A stretch of 64,000 nt of DNA from a virus (taxonomy: Duplodnaviria; Caudoviricetes): positions 1 to 64,000 of IMG/VR virus record IMGVR_UViG_2522572155_000001. One strand, written 5' to 3'. A model generated the notes under the pieces. The model worked only from the letters and a program-made list of their open reading frames with translations. It ran no database searches and was not told the DNA's origin. Below, one piece after another: positions 29,909 to 39,258 of this stretch; within the stretch, counting starts at the first letter, position 1; each line of letters opens with the position of its first letter. The position numbers and the translations under genes are program-made.

Positions 29909-30061
29909 CTAGATGTTGTCGCGAAGCCAGGGGCAGTCCTTGCGGTCATCCCACATGAGCCATGTCCCTACGGCCACGAGCGCGATGCCGACCAGACCAT
30001 GGTGGATCCGCTTACCGCAAACCCACACTCTCTGGCGCTGTCTGTCATACCTCCACACCAT
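29909..30061 (-). CDS. Small single-TM protein (50 aa, not in track)
   Basis: MVWRYDRQRQRVWVCGKRIHHGLVGIALVAVGTWLMWDDRKDCPWLRDNI. Confidence 0.6.
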   Translation of the reverse strand: MVWRYDRQRQRVWVCGKRIHHGLVGIALVAVGTWLMWDDRKDCPWLRDNI

Positions 30062-30191
30062 TCGTCTCTTTCATGTGCGCAAGGAAGCGATCTACAGCAC
30101 GTAACCAGTCGTTCACGGCTTGCTGGAGGTCATAGTCATTCGGCGCTCGTATCCCGGCCTTCAGGCACAGCGAGCAGGCAGGGCCGCACAT
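30045..30191 (-). CDS. Small hypothetical protein (48 aa, not in track)
   Basis: MCGPACSLC...; TGATG overlap with the upstream ORF. Confidence 0.5.
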   Translation of the reverse strand: MCGPACSLCLKAGIRAPNDYDLQQAVNDWLRAVDRFLAHMKETNGVEV

Positions 30192-30383
30192 CAGAGACCG
30201 GGTGAGAGATCGATGTCAGGCAGGCTCTGTATCACGAGGAGGTGAATTTCGGCCTCCCCTGCGTCGCGGTACGCGTGCGCGTCCGGCGGCCAGAGCCAGT
30301 ACACCCCGCAGGTGTAGTCAGGGAACCGGAGCAGGTAGGGATAACGGACGTACTTGCCGCTGAGGGGCGGCGTGGCAAGCCGG

Positions 30384-30566
30384 TCAGATGCCCGCGCCGC
30401 CCACTGGGAGAGGCGTTCGAGCAGCCACGAGCCAACGTGAGCCAGGAAGTCGCGCAGGGTCGTACTCGACGCGGGGGAGGAGAGCCGGGTCGGCTTCGTT
30501 GAGGGCATCGGTCGCTTCCTGCCTCGTGGCGTGGACGGTGAGGGTTGTTCGGGTGTAGGCGGTCAT
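30384..30566 (-). CDS. Small hypothetical protein
   Basis: GGAGAG RBS before MTAYTRTT. Confidence 0.6.
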   Translation of the reverse strand: MTAYTRTTLTVHATRQEATDALNEADPALLPRVEYDPARLPGSRWLVAARTPLPVGGAGI

Positions 30567-30630
30567 TGACTCTCCGTAGTCCGATCTACGGGTGATAATC
30601 GCCCAGTCGGGTCCGAACCTCAGGGAACGA

Positions 30631-30659
30631 CAAAAGGGCCGCTCCGAGGAGCGGCCCTT
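30631..30659 (-). terminator. Intrinsic terminator
   Basis: AAGGGCCGCTC-loop-GAGCGGCCCTT then TT on the - strand, after the 31522 operon. Confidence 0.8.
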
Positions 30660-30690
30660 GAGTGACTGCGCGGTGCTGCTTAGCGCGGCG

Positions 30691-31522
30691 TCAAGAGAAG
30701 ATGCGCGACGCGACCACCGTGCGCTCCTGACCGGCGTCCGGGGCGGGGGAGATCGGCCGGATGACCACTCGCCCCCATAGTGCACGGCGCAGCACCTCGC
30801 AGGGCCACACCGTGCCGTCGTCATACGTGCACCACATCACGGGTTGAGCACCCGGTCCACGATGTCGCGGGCCGACGTGCTCCCGCTCACGAGCGGCACG
30901 ACGATGCACTCCAGAGCGGTACCGGCGCGCTCGGACGCCTTGCGGATGGTGTCGGCCTTCGTGTCCACGTCTCCCTCGGCGGACTGGTAGGCGCCGACGA
31001 TGATGCCCTCGCCCATGTTCCCGTCGCCGTCCCAGACGAAGATGCCCCAGCGGACTTTGGTCGTGCGAGGCATCAGCCGATCACCTGCGCGATCTCGCGG
31101 AGCTTGCGGGCCATGTCGCTTTGGTCGAGCCCCGGCGAGTTGGCCGCCACCGTGAGCAGGAGGTCCACGAGGTCGCTTCCGGCGTACATGCCGTCCGGGC
31201 CGTGGGACTTCTTGACGGTGGCCAGCAGCGACTTCTCGTCACCCGAGCGCCTGACGATGATGACCGTCTCGTCGGCGTTCGCGGTGACGGTGAAGCTGCG
31301 GCCCGGGGTGGCCGTCCCGTCCGGGTGGCACGTGCGGAGGGTGTCGTGCGTCGCCGCATGCTCGACGTAGACCAACTGCTTCTGGCTGGCCGCCTGCGCC
31401 GTGCCGGACTTTGTGATGTCCTCCAGCGTGGTGACGGCGCCGTTGCGGCCGTTGAGGTAGTAGGGGAATGCCATGGGCACACCCTCAGCGGTGCGGAGAA
31501 TCCAGTTGGCGGTGCTGGGCAT
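30691..31522 (-). CDS. Three-gene early operon (31073-31522, 30837-31073, 30691-30837), hypothetical proteins
   Basis: TGATG overlaps, GGAG RBS. Confidence 0.7.
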
Positions 31523-31562
31523 GTCGTAGGGCTCCAGTCGTGAGAAGCAGCTTGCAGGAAGA

Positions 31563-31592
31563 AAGATACAGGGTAGGATGAGTGCCTGTCAA
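31563..31592 (-). promoter_or_regulatory. SigmaA-type promoter
   Basis: TTGACA-N18-TATCTT; shares CTACCCTGTATCTTTCTTCC with the 26423 promoter. Confidence 0.8.
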
Positions 31593-31601
31593 GCGTAACC
31601 G

Positions 31602-32200
31602 TTAGACGTGCTGCTCCCGCAAGAGCTTGTCCCGCAAGCCCTCCAGGTACTCGATCTTCTGCTGCTTCTCTTCGGTGAACTGCTGCAACGTCGGGCCGGG
31701 CCTCGCGGCGGCGAGCTTGCGCTGCTCGCGGCCGAGGTCACGGCCCACGAGGACCCGGAGATACGCGAGGTCTTCGTCGGTCAGGAAGTCGTCCATCATG
31801 GGGTCTCCTTGACGGCGGTGAGGAAGGCGCGGGCGTTGCTGAGCCGGTAGAACGTGACAGGGACGGGGGAGCCCTTCATCAGCCAGTCTGAGGCGCCTGT
31901 GCGGCCGTCACCGGACTGCGGGACCATGGGGTAGCCCTTGAACCACCACCAGCCGTCCTTACGGCGCATCTTCGCGGGGGCCGAGTAGTCCAGGGTGTCC
32001 AACCAGTCGAGCAGTAGCTCGCCGTACTTCGGTCCCTCCACGTGGGCGACCGGGGCATCCGCGCCCCGGCCACTGCGCACGAACTCCAGCCGGAACCTGC
32101 CGTTGCCCACCGAATAGCAGAGCAGGGGGCGGCCCTTGAACTCGCCACGGTACCCGCTCTCGTGACGCTTGAGGTACTTCAGGGGGAAGGTGTCGTCCAT
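31602..32200 (-). CDS. Two hypothetical genes downstream of ardC (31796-32200, 31602-31799)
   Basis: Stop/start overlaps. Confidence 0.65.
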
Positions 32201-33300
32201 CACGCAGCCTCTCCGTTGATCGGCTCCTGGGTGTTCTGCTGCACGCCGAGAATGTAGTCGGCGGCCTTCTGCGCGCGGGCGGCGGCCATGACCAGCCACT
32301 TGCGGTCCTTGGCCGTCTCGTCCTTGATGGCCTTCGCCCAGCCGCTGAGGTAGGCCGCGCTCTGGTCCAGGTCGCCGTCAATGTTGGCCATGCCGCAGAG
32401 GAACGCCGAGCCCATCTCGGCCACAAGCTCCTCCTGCGCATAGGGCTGCCCGCTGCCGAAGCCCGTCCACTGCTTGACGCGGTGCAGGCGGCTCTCGTGG
32501 CCGGTCGAGTGCACAAGCTCGTGGAACAGCGTCGCGTAGTACGACTCCTCGGTGCGGAAGTCGCCGCGCTCGGGCATCTGCACGTGGTCGAGGAAGGGCG
32601 CGTAGTGGGCGCTGTTGCCGCCGTGACGGAGGCTGGGGGCGTTGGGCATTTCGGTGACGATGGACTCGGCGGCTTCGATCGGAGTGAACTCGACCTCGGG
32701 CTCGGCCTCCGGCTCCTCCACGATGCTGGCGAGGTCCAGGTTGTCGCACTGCTCGACGTTGAAGACCTTGAAGTAGGTGAGCAGCAGCCGCTGGACCTGC
32801 TTGGGCTTGCCGGTCTTCGGGTCCAGGATGACCTCGCCCGTCTTCGGGTCCTTGGCGTCGGCCCTGAACGGCTTCCAGAGGGTCACGAGGGTGGACTCCT
32901 CGCCCTTGATGACGCCGCCCCGGTAGCCCGCCTTGACGGCCTCCATGTATGCCGTCTCGCCCGCCTCATCGTCCGCGTGCCCGTTGGCCTTCAGCCACAC
33001 GGCCTTGGCGCGCTTGGCGGCCTGGTTGAACGTCAGCCAGCGCGGATCGTTGTAACCCATCGAGGCGGCGGCGACGTTGAGGAGGAAGACGTTGATGCCC
33101 CGGTAGGCACGGCCGGTGATCGCGTTGCGCATCTGCTCGATCGGCTGGCCGGGCTTGCTGCTCCAGGGCTTGCGCCAGGGCTTGATGCCCGCGTCGAGCG
33201 CCTTGTTCATGGCCTCGTTGACGGCGACGTAGACGTCAAAGCGCTCGGCACTGGAGCGGCGCTTGCGGGGGGACTTGCGGGAGGTCTTCTTCGCGGCCAT
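32200..33300 (-). CDS. ardC: ArdC-family antirestriction protein (ssDNA-binding plus zincin-like domain)
   Basis: PWRKPW, NAITGRAYRGIN, WLTFNQA, VFNVEQC, YYATLFHELVHSTGH, EELVAEMGSAFL. Confidence 0.92.
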   Translation of the reverse strand: MAAKKTSRKSPRKRRSSAERFDVYVAVNEAMNKALDAGIKPWRKPWSSKPGQPIEQMRNAITGRAYRGINVFLLNVAAASMGYNDPRWLTFNQAAKRAKAVWLKANGHADDEAGETAYMEAVKAGYRGGVIKGEESTLVTLWKPFRADAKDPKTGEVILDPKTGKPKQVQRLLLTYFKVFNVEQCDNLDLASIVEEPEAEPEVEFTPIEAAESIVTEMPNAPSLRHGGNSAHYAPFLDHVQMPERGDFRTEESYYATLFHELVHSTGHESRLHRVKQWTGFGSGQPYAQEELVAEMGSAFLCGMANIDGDLDQSAAYLSGWAKAIKDETAKDRKWLVMAAARAQKAADYILGVQQNTQEPINGEAA

Positions 33301-33348
33301 GTCGTGACTCCAATCGTGGGGAGTAAAGGGGCGCTGCTTGCAGAGAGG

Positions 33349-33378
33349 ATACTACAGGCTAGGAAAGGGTTACGTCAA
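33349..33378 (-). promoter_or_regulatory. SigmaA-type promoter of the ardC operon
   Basis: TTGACG-N18-TAGTAT. Confidence 0.8.
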
Positions 33379-33402
33379 GCGTACCCGTTACTGCCCCCGA
33401 GG

Positions 33403-34108
33403 CTATGCCGTGGCGCGGGCGACGAGATCGGCGCAGGCGGGGTGCACGAGCATGTCGCCCATCTCGATGTGCTCCACGTCGATGACCATGACCTCGCGCT
33501 GCTTGGCCACCTCGTCGGCGTACTGCACGGCCTCCACGAGCGTGTCGAAACTCGCGTGCGGCCGGAACTGGTCGCCGGGGACAAAGCGGTGATACACGAT
33601 GTTGCGGGCGTAGCGCTCCATCACGAAATCCTTTCGATCTTCCTGTACCCGGCCGAGACGTAACGGCCGGGAGGGGTGGACTCGCCCACCGCCAGCGTCA
33701 GGACCGGCGCGAACGCCTTGCTCTTCTCGAAGTGGGTTTCGTCCACCTCGCGCGGGGGCCGGTTGGCCGTGTAGGTGATCTTGAACGTCATCGAGGACTC
33801 CATCGCGTGCCGACCCACTCGCCCGGTTGCGCGACGTTGCGCAGGTGCGTGTCGATGTGGGAGTGAGAGAGGTTGCGGGGCGACGGGTAGACGACCGTCT
33901 CGCCCTGCGAGGTCGTGTGGGCCACCGCGCGCCAGTCGGTCTTGCCGTTGCGGTTGGTCGTGAGGCGCAGGGTCCAGGTCGTCGCGCGGTCGTTCTTGTT
34001 GCGGACCACGAGGGCGAACGGCTCGCCCGTCTCCTTGTCGATGCCCGAGCCTCCCTTGAACCATGTCTCGGGCTCAAGGGAGGTGGTGAACGGGTGACTA
34101 ACAGGCAT
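33403..34108 (-). CDS. Three-gene early operon (33788-34108, 33621-~33803, 33403-33621), hypothetical proteins
   Basis: Overlapping ends, AAAGGA RBS. Confidence 0.65.
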
Positions 34109-34115
34109 GGATAGG

Positions 34116-34145
34116 AGCTTAGCAGGGGTTACGAGGGTAGGTCAA
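34116..34145 (-). promoter_or_regulatory. SigmaA-type leaderless promoter
   Basis: TTGACC-N18-TAAGCT-N7-ATG. Confidence 0.75.
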
Positions 34146-34159
34146 CCGTACTGCGAGGC

Positions 34160-34375
34160 TCAGTCCTCCTGCTCGCCGTTGCGTTTCTCGTCTCTCTTCT
34201 GCATGAGGTCGATGACCCGGACGCTGAGCACGTCGAGCAGGTGGTCGTCCCCGTCCATCTCGGCGTCGAGCCTACTCGACTTCAGTTCGGAGTGGTACCG
34301 CCCGCACGAACAGACTGCGACGTAGTAGCCCCTGCCTGCCGGTTCGACGGTGATTGTGTGCTCAGCGTCGGCCAT
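34160..34375 (-). CDS. Small Zn-binding protein
   Basis: H..CSCG..H. Confidence 0.65.
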   Translation of the reverse strand: MADAEHTITVEPAGRGYYVAVCSCGRYHSELKSSRLDAEMDGDDHLLDVLSVRVIDLMQKRDEKRNGEQED

Positions 34376-34379
34376 GGGG

Positions 34380-34715
34380 CTACCGGATCCGCTTGCCCTT
34401 GCGGTCGAGGTCGCCCACGGCCTGGCCGATGCGCTTGACGCCCGCGTCGGTCAGCGCCCACAGGACGGCGGGGCGGCCGGGCCTGCCGGTCTGCTCGACG
34501 CCGACGCGGCGCACGAGCGCGGACCCCACGTCGGGGTTCTCCAGGTTGAGCATGTAGGCGGGGGTTGTGCCCGCGTCCTTCGCCGTCAGCGGGACGCGCT
34601 TGCCGTTCTCGCCCACCGAGCGGTACAGGGCGAGGAGAACCTGGTTGCGGTTCGGCGCGACGTAGGTGCGCTGACGGACACGCGACTTCGTGGTCGCGAC
34701 GGGAACGGTGGACAT
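34380..34715 (-). CDS. Basic wHTH-like protein
   Basis: Wing motif GRPGRPAVLWALTDAG; GGGAGG RBS. Confidence 0.7.
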   Translation of the reverse strand: MSTVPVATTKSRVRQRTYVAPNRNQVLLALYRSVGENGKRVPLTAKDAGTTPAYMLNLENPDVGSALVRRVGVEQTGRPGRPAVLWALTDAGVKRIGQAVGDLDRKGKRIR

Positions 34716-34752
34716 CGTGAGACCCTCCCAGGGCTTCGATTGCGTGGATAGG

Positions 34753-34782
34753 ACCCTATCAACGTCTCGTCGCGTATGTCAA
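34753..34782 (-). promoter_or_regulatory. SigmaA-type promoter
   Basis: TTGACA-N18-TAGGGT. Confidence 0.75.
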
Positions 34783-34805
34783 CCGTTGAGCGTTACACGG
34801 GTTAT

Positions 34806-36011
34806 CTATCTCCGCTTGATGAAGGGGCCGGGTGCCTTGACCCATCCCGCCACCGTTAGGTCCGAGGCGGGGATGAAGGCACGGACGTGGTAGGGCTCCA
34901 TCGGCCCGTTGTTGCGGCACGGTCCCGCGAAGATCACCTCTACGACCTTGCCGAGCACGGGTAGCTCGTCCTCTCCCATGACGGTGCCGATCTCGTTCTG
35001 GGGAATCTCCATGTACTGCCCGGCGCCGTGCTCTTCGGACTTGCCTTCGAGGATGCCCATGTGGGGCTTGTCGAGCCGCACCTGCATGTCCGGCGTGAAC
35101 TCGGCTGCGGCGACGTGGGAGAACGTACCCCCTGCGTTCTGCACGGGGTTGAAGGGATCGGGGACCTTGGCGCCGGGGACGGAGACGGCGTTGGGCTGCG
35201 AGATGCCACCGCCGGGGGTCGTGCCCGGGATCGGTAGCTGCAACTGGTCGACGCCGAAGCCGGGCAGCATCGGCTGCGGCGGGATCACGCCGGAGCCCGG
35301 GGGAGCCATCCCAGCCGGAGCCGGAGCCGGGGCGGGCGCAGGGGACGGCGCAGGGGTCTGCTGAGGGCTCGGGAGGGGTGGAGGGGCGTAACCGGCGGCG
35401 TCGAGGTCTAGCTGCCCCGCAGGCGGCCCGGGAGGGGCTCCAGGGGGCGCGCTCGGAGCGGGTCCCATCTGGCCCTTGGGCAGCGGCCCGTGCTCACTCG
35501 GGTCGTAGTCTTCATCGACCGGCGTGCGGCGCGCCTGCCAGAACGTGGCCAGCACGTGCGAGCAGACGCGTCCCTCGTACTTCTTCCACTTGCGCGTGCG
35601 CTGCCAGGCGTACTGGTCCCAGGGGCATTCGCACTGCCAGCCGGTGATCGTCCACGAGTTGGGGTCGTCGCGGGAGAACTCGCAGTTGTACTCGCCGTGG
35701 TCTCCGATGACGTGACCCACCACCATGTTGCGGTGGTTGCGCAGAACCTGTACCTGCCCGGAGTCGATCAGGCGCTTGGCCTTCGCCATGATGTCGTCCC
35801 AGTGGGACTGCTTGGTCACCGAGCCGGTGATCTCGAACTGCGCGGCCTCGTAGCCGCACTCGGCTAGGGAGACACGGGTGACGTAGAGGGCGACGGCGCG
35901 ATCGTCGGCCGTGCCTCCAAGTACCTTGATGAGGGCGACGCCGGGATCCGTCTCCTCCCAGGAGACATCGACTGCGCCGAGACGGAACACCTTGGAGGGG
36001 AGAGCGGGCAT
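34806..36011 (-). CDS. SWIM Zn-finger protein with Pro-rich linker and SH3-like C-terminus
   Basis: WQCECPW...GRVCSHVLA (CxC..CxH). Confidence 0.75.
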   Translation of the reverse strand: MPALPSKVFRLGAVDVSWEETDPGVALIKVLGGTADDRAVALYVTRVSLAECGYEAAQFEITGSVTKQSHWDDIMAKAKRLIDSGQVQVLRNHRNMVVGHVIGDHGEYNCEFSRDDPNSWTITGWQCECPWDQYAWQRTRKWKKYEGRVCSHVLATFWQARRTPVDEDYDPSEHGPLPKGQMGPAPSAPPGAPPGPPAGQLDLDAAGYAPPPLPSPQQTPAPSPAPAPAPAPAGMAPPGSGVIPPQPMLPGFGVDQLQLPIPGTTPGGGISQPNAVSVPGAKVPDPFNPVQNAGGTFSHVAAAEFTPDMQVRLDKPHMGILEGKSEEHGAGQYMEIPQNEIGTVMGEDELPVLGKVVEVIFAGPCRNNGPMEPYHVRAFIPASDLTVAGWVKAPGPFIKRR

Positions 36012-36096
36012 GCTACCCGTTATCGGCCAGATACTGGCGCGCGTCATGTAGCTACACGTACTGGCGCCTACCCTTCTTCGTCATCGCTTGCCTGCC

Positions 36097-36570
36097 CTAT
36101 ACATCATCGAAGATGATGTTGCACGAACCGCACTCCGCACATCGTCCAGCCTGACCGGTCCCATGCTGCCCTGTCCGTAGCTGCAAGTTCTCGATGCGGT
36201 TATCGGTCTTGTCGCCGTTCTTGTGATGGACCGTCTCATACGATTCGAGCGGCCGACGAAGGTGATTCGCCATCACGTACCGATGCTCTGCGACGTAGCG
36301 TGAGGAGGGACGCTTCATCGCTTCGAGGAACGGCCACTCGTCGGAGGGCATCACCTGAACGTAGCCCGAGTCGGCTAGGTGCCGCCCCCAAATCTCGGGA
36401 GGATCGCCTGCCGCGACGGCGCGCTGCACCGTCTGGAAGTGCACTCCATACCGACGCCCGAGGGCTGTCCATGACGTACCCTCGGCTCTCAGGCGTTTCG
36501 CCTCTCTCCTCTGTTCAGCCGTGAGCTTCTGCTTCCGCCACTTACGCTCGGCTACCTGTTCCTCTATCAC
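36097..36570 (-). CDS. HNH homing endonuclease with N-terminal HTH
   Basis: YVAEHRYVM..TVHHKNGDKTDNRIENLQL. Confidence 0.92.
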   Translation of the reverse strand: MIEEQVAERKWRKQKLTAEQRREAKRLRAEGTSWTALGRRYGVHFQTVQRAVAAGDPPEIWGRHLADSGYVQVMPSDEWPFLEAMKRPSSRYVAEHRYVMANHLRRPLESYETVHHKNGDKTDNRIENLQLRTGQHGTGQAGRCAECGSCNIIFDDV

Positions 36571-37150
36571 GAGTATTACTCTGCCTGTACGAGCGCGAGT
36601 TGTAGTAGCGCTTCGAGCCGCCGTTGCGCTTGGCGATGAACGAGTTCAGCAGGCGAGTGACGCGGTGGGGACGGTAGTCCAGTACCTCGACCGAGACGTT
36701 GATGTTACGCGCTCTAGACCTCTCGCCACGTGCGTACGGGTGGTTGTGGATGTGGCCGTGCACGTGAATCTCCTTGTGGTCATGCACGAACAGCGGGTAG
36801 TGCGAGAAGGAGACGGTATAGCCCCGGTAGGGCATCGAGAACGGCTTCAGGACGGTGAAGCCGAGTGCCTCGTAGTCCCACTTCTTCTTGTCATGGTTAC
36901 CGAGGATGATGAACTTCTTGCCAGGCAGATTCGGCGTCAGTTCTTCCTTGAACCGGTCGTATCCTTCCTGCCCGCCGAAGAACAGGTCTCCGAGGTGAAG
37001 GATCGTGTCTGAGTCATCGATGGTGCGTTGCCAGCGCTTGACCATCATGACCTCGTGGTCATAGGGGCGACCGCAGAACTCAAGGATACGCTCATGGTAG
37101 AAGTGCGTATCGGAGAGTACGTAGAACGGCGCCTTCAGTGGGGGAGCCAT
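36542..37150 (-). CDS. Calcineurin-like metallophosphoesterase
   Basis: SDTHF, HLGD, GNHD, SHYP, HGHIH. Confidence 0.92.
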   Translation of the reverse strand: MAPPLKAPFYVLSDTHFYHERILEFCGRPYDHEVMMVKRWQRTIDDSDTILHLGDLFFGGQEGYDRFKEELTPNLPGKKFIILGNHDKKKWDYEALGFTVLKPFSMPYRGYTVSFSHYPLFVHDHKEIHVHGHIHNHPYARGERSRARNINVSVEVLDYRPHRVTRLLNSFIAKRNGGSKRYYNSRSYRQSNTRDRGTGSRA

Positions 37151-37215
37151 CGCCCGTTACGCACGGGCGGCCTGACCTTTGCTAGCGTCCTCTCGGACAA
37201 CCCGAAGGGAGGCTG

Positions 37216-37371
37216 ATGGTTCAGCAGGCAACGAAACCAGACCCGGGCTCGGACGACGCGCTCAAGCGCGGTTGTACTTGTCCGCGCCCTGACTCAAGCA
37301 AGCCAGGGACGAACGTCTTCGCCGTGAAGCGCGATTGCGAGGTTCACGGCTGGGCGCGGACGTCCAGCTAG
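37216..37371 (+). CDS. Small Zn-binding phage protein (51 aa, not in track)
   Basis: GGGAGG RBS; PDPGSDDALKRGCTCP...DCEVHG; hairpin follows at 37371-37395. Confidence 0.75.
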   Translation: MVQQATKPDPGSDDALKRGCTCPRPDSSKPGTNVFAVKRDCEVHGWARTSS

Positions 37372-37497
37372 GCGGCTGCTAGGGTTCTAGCCGCCGAGAG
37401 GCGAACTGCTCAGGCCCTGGCCCGGGGAACCGCACACAATACAAGCGGTGGTCTTCAGTGATCCCGGGCCGGGGCAGGGGCGGCTTGCCATAGCGCG

Positions 37498-37839
37498 TCA
37501 CTCCTCGTGCAGCGCCCAAGTGGCGCGCAGGTTCGCCATCATCTCGTCGTAGGTCTCGTAGAGGTCCCACTCCTCGGGGAAGGGACCCCACACCTGCTCC
37601 GGCGCGATGCGCCCATGCATGAGCAGGAGACGGACGCGGATGTTGTCCCCGCCATATCTGACCATCCACCCCTGGCACGCAAGCTCGGTGCCGTCCTTGG
37701 ACCAGTGGCACGCGAAGACGTTGCCCATCTGGTCGGTGCAGGTGGGCTCAAGCTCCTCGGCAAGCTCCATCTTGAAGCCGGGGATCCTGCGCGCGTCGGC
37801 GCCCCTGCGCCAGGGGCAGGTGGGGCAGGGCGGCTTCAC
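37498..37839 (-). CDS. DUF6283-like Cys/His protein
   Basis: PCPTCPWRR..FACH..CQGW. Confidence 0.7.
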   Translation of the reverse strand: MKPPCPTCPWRRGADARRIPGFKMELAEELEPTCTDQMGNVFACHWSKDGTELACQGWMVRYGGDNIRVRLLLMHGRIAPEQVWGPFPEEWDLYETYDEMMANLRATWALHEE

Positions 37840-39220
37840 CTACTGCCCCCCAAGGCGGGCGAACTCGGCCCGTTCGTCGGCGTCCTGGTGCGGATAGCCG
37901 CGCTCGACGCTCGTCCACTCGTCGCCGTAGCGGTACATCGTGACCGGCTCGCCTACGGCCCCCCGCCAGTCGGCGGCCGTGACGAGGACGCATTCGACCT
38001 CCTCCAGGTCGCGCTTGCACGTCGGGCAGTACCAGTCGGCGAATCTGGCGTCGTTGTCGCTGACGAGCCCGTGGTCGGGGCATTGGTATGCCGACTGCGT
38101 GATAACGGGCATTCAGTAGTCCCTCGGAGTCAGGATGGTGGTGACAGAGCGGTCGGCCTCGGTGATGACGTAGAGCTTGGTGGCGAAGTCGGTGCCGTAG
38201 ACGCTCATGAGGCGGCCGTCGTGCTTCAGGGCGTTCTCGTTCGTGCCTCGGTCCTGCTCGTCCACGTCGCCCCAATCGCCGGAGACGTGCCGGTCGAGGA
38301 GCCCACTGGCGTAGCGCTGGACGTTGCCGTCCGGGTCCAGGCGCTCCATGATCTCCTGAGCGCCCGGCGTCATGACGGTCTGACCGAGGGGGAACATCAC
38401 GGGCACAGCGTACAGTCGGGATGGTCGTAGCCGTCGTTGTGCTTGCCCTGCTCGTGGGCCTCGCGTTCCTCCTGCTCGTGCTGCTCGAACAGGGCGGCCT
38501 CGGCCTCGGCCTGCTCGCGCTCGACGCGCTCCATGTCGGCCCACTTGTCCTGCGCCATCTTGAGCAGGACGGGGAAATCAGCGAGCAGATAAGGACGGGG
38601 CTCCATGCTCCACGTCAGGGGCATGTCCCCGCCGAACATCTTCACCATGACGCTGCATAGCGTCCAGAGGCCGAGCACCACGTCGTGGTTGCCGCCCTCG
38701 CCCTGCTGGTACTCGAAGGCGATGTGCACGTCGAACAGACCTGTGCCGGTCAGGGAGAAGGCGACGGAGGTGAAACCGTCCGCAAGGCCGACGCTGCGGT
38801 CACCGGGGTCGTACTCGAACTCGATGTCCAGGTCGGCCACGCCGGAGATCGTGCGCATGAGGCCCGCGTCGGAGAAGTTCTGCGGGTCGTACCACTCGGG
38901 GAGGGTGAGAGCGTCGGTCATGCCGACTCGCTCCACTCGCCGTCGCGAAGGTAGGACTCAATGTAGGGCGTCATGGCCTCGCTGTCCGCGAGCGTGACGT
39001 TGATCCTGTCAACGCACTCGTGCTCGGGGTCGAAGCGGGCTCCGGTGGCCTTGCTCGTGCCGCCCCTGTACGCCTGGAGAACGCCGCCGCCGGTCGCGGT
39101 GGGGAAGTAGAGGAAGCGGTATCTCCCGGCCTCCACGTTGCGGTCCGTGTTGTGGAATTGCTCGGTCCGGGTGACGGTCACGTCACGCTGGAACCAACCC
39201 TCGGGAAGTGTCGTCGGCAT
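37840..39220 (-). CDS. Early operon genes (38918-39220, 38397-~38921, 38113-38400, 37840-38112); 38113-38400 is a conserved mobile-element protein
   Basis: Stop/start overlaps; FPLGQTVMTPG..RHVSGDWG..ITEADRSVTTIL motif. Confidence 0.7.
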
Positions 39221-39227
39221 GGAGAGG

Positions 39228-39256
39228 AGTGTAGCCTACTCCCCCCGGGGAGTCAA
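39228..39256 (-). promoter_or_regulatory. SigmaA-type leaderless promoter
   Basis: TTGACT-N17-TACACT-N7-ATG. Confidence 0.75.
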
Positions 39257-39258
39257 CG

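Noticed and set aside
38113-38400. Label as a type I restriction M subunit
   Set aside because: About 95 aa with no methyltransferase motifs; kept as hypothetical
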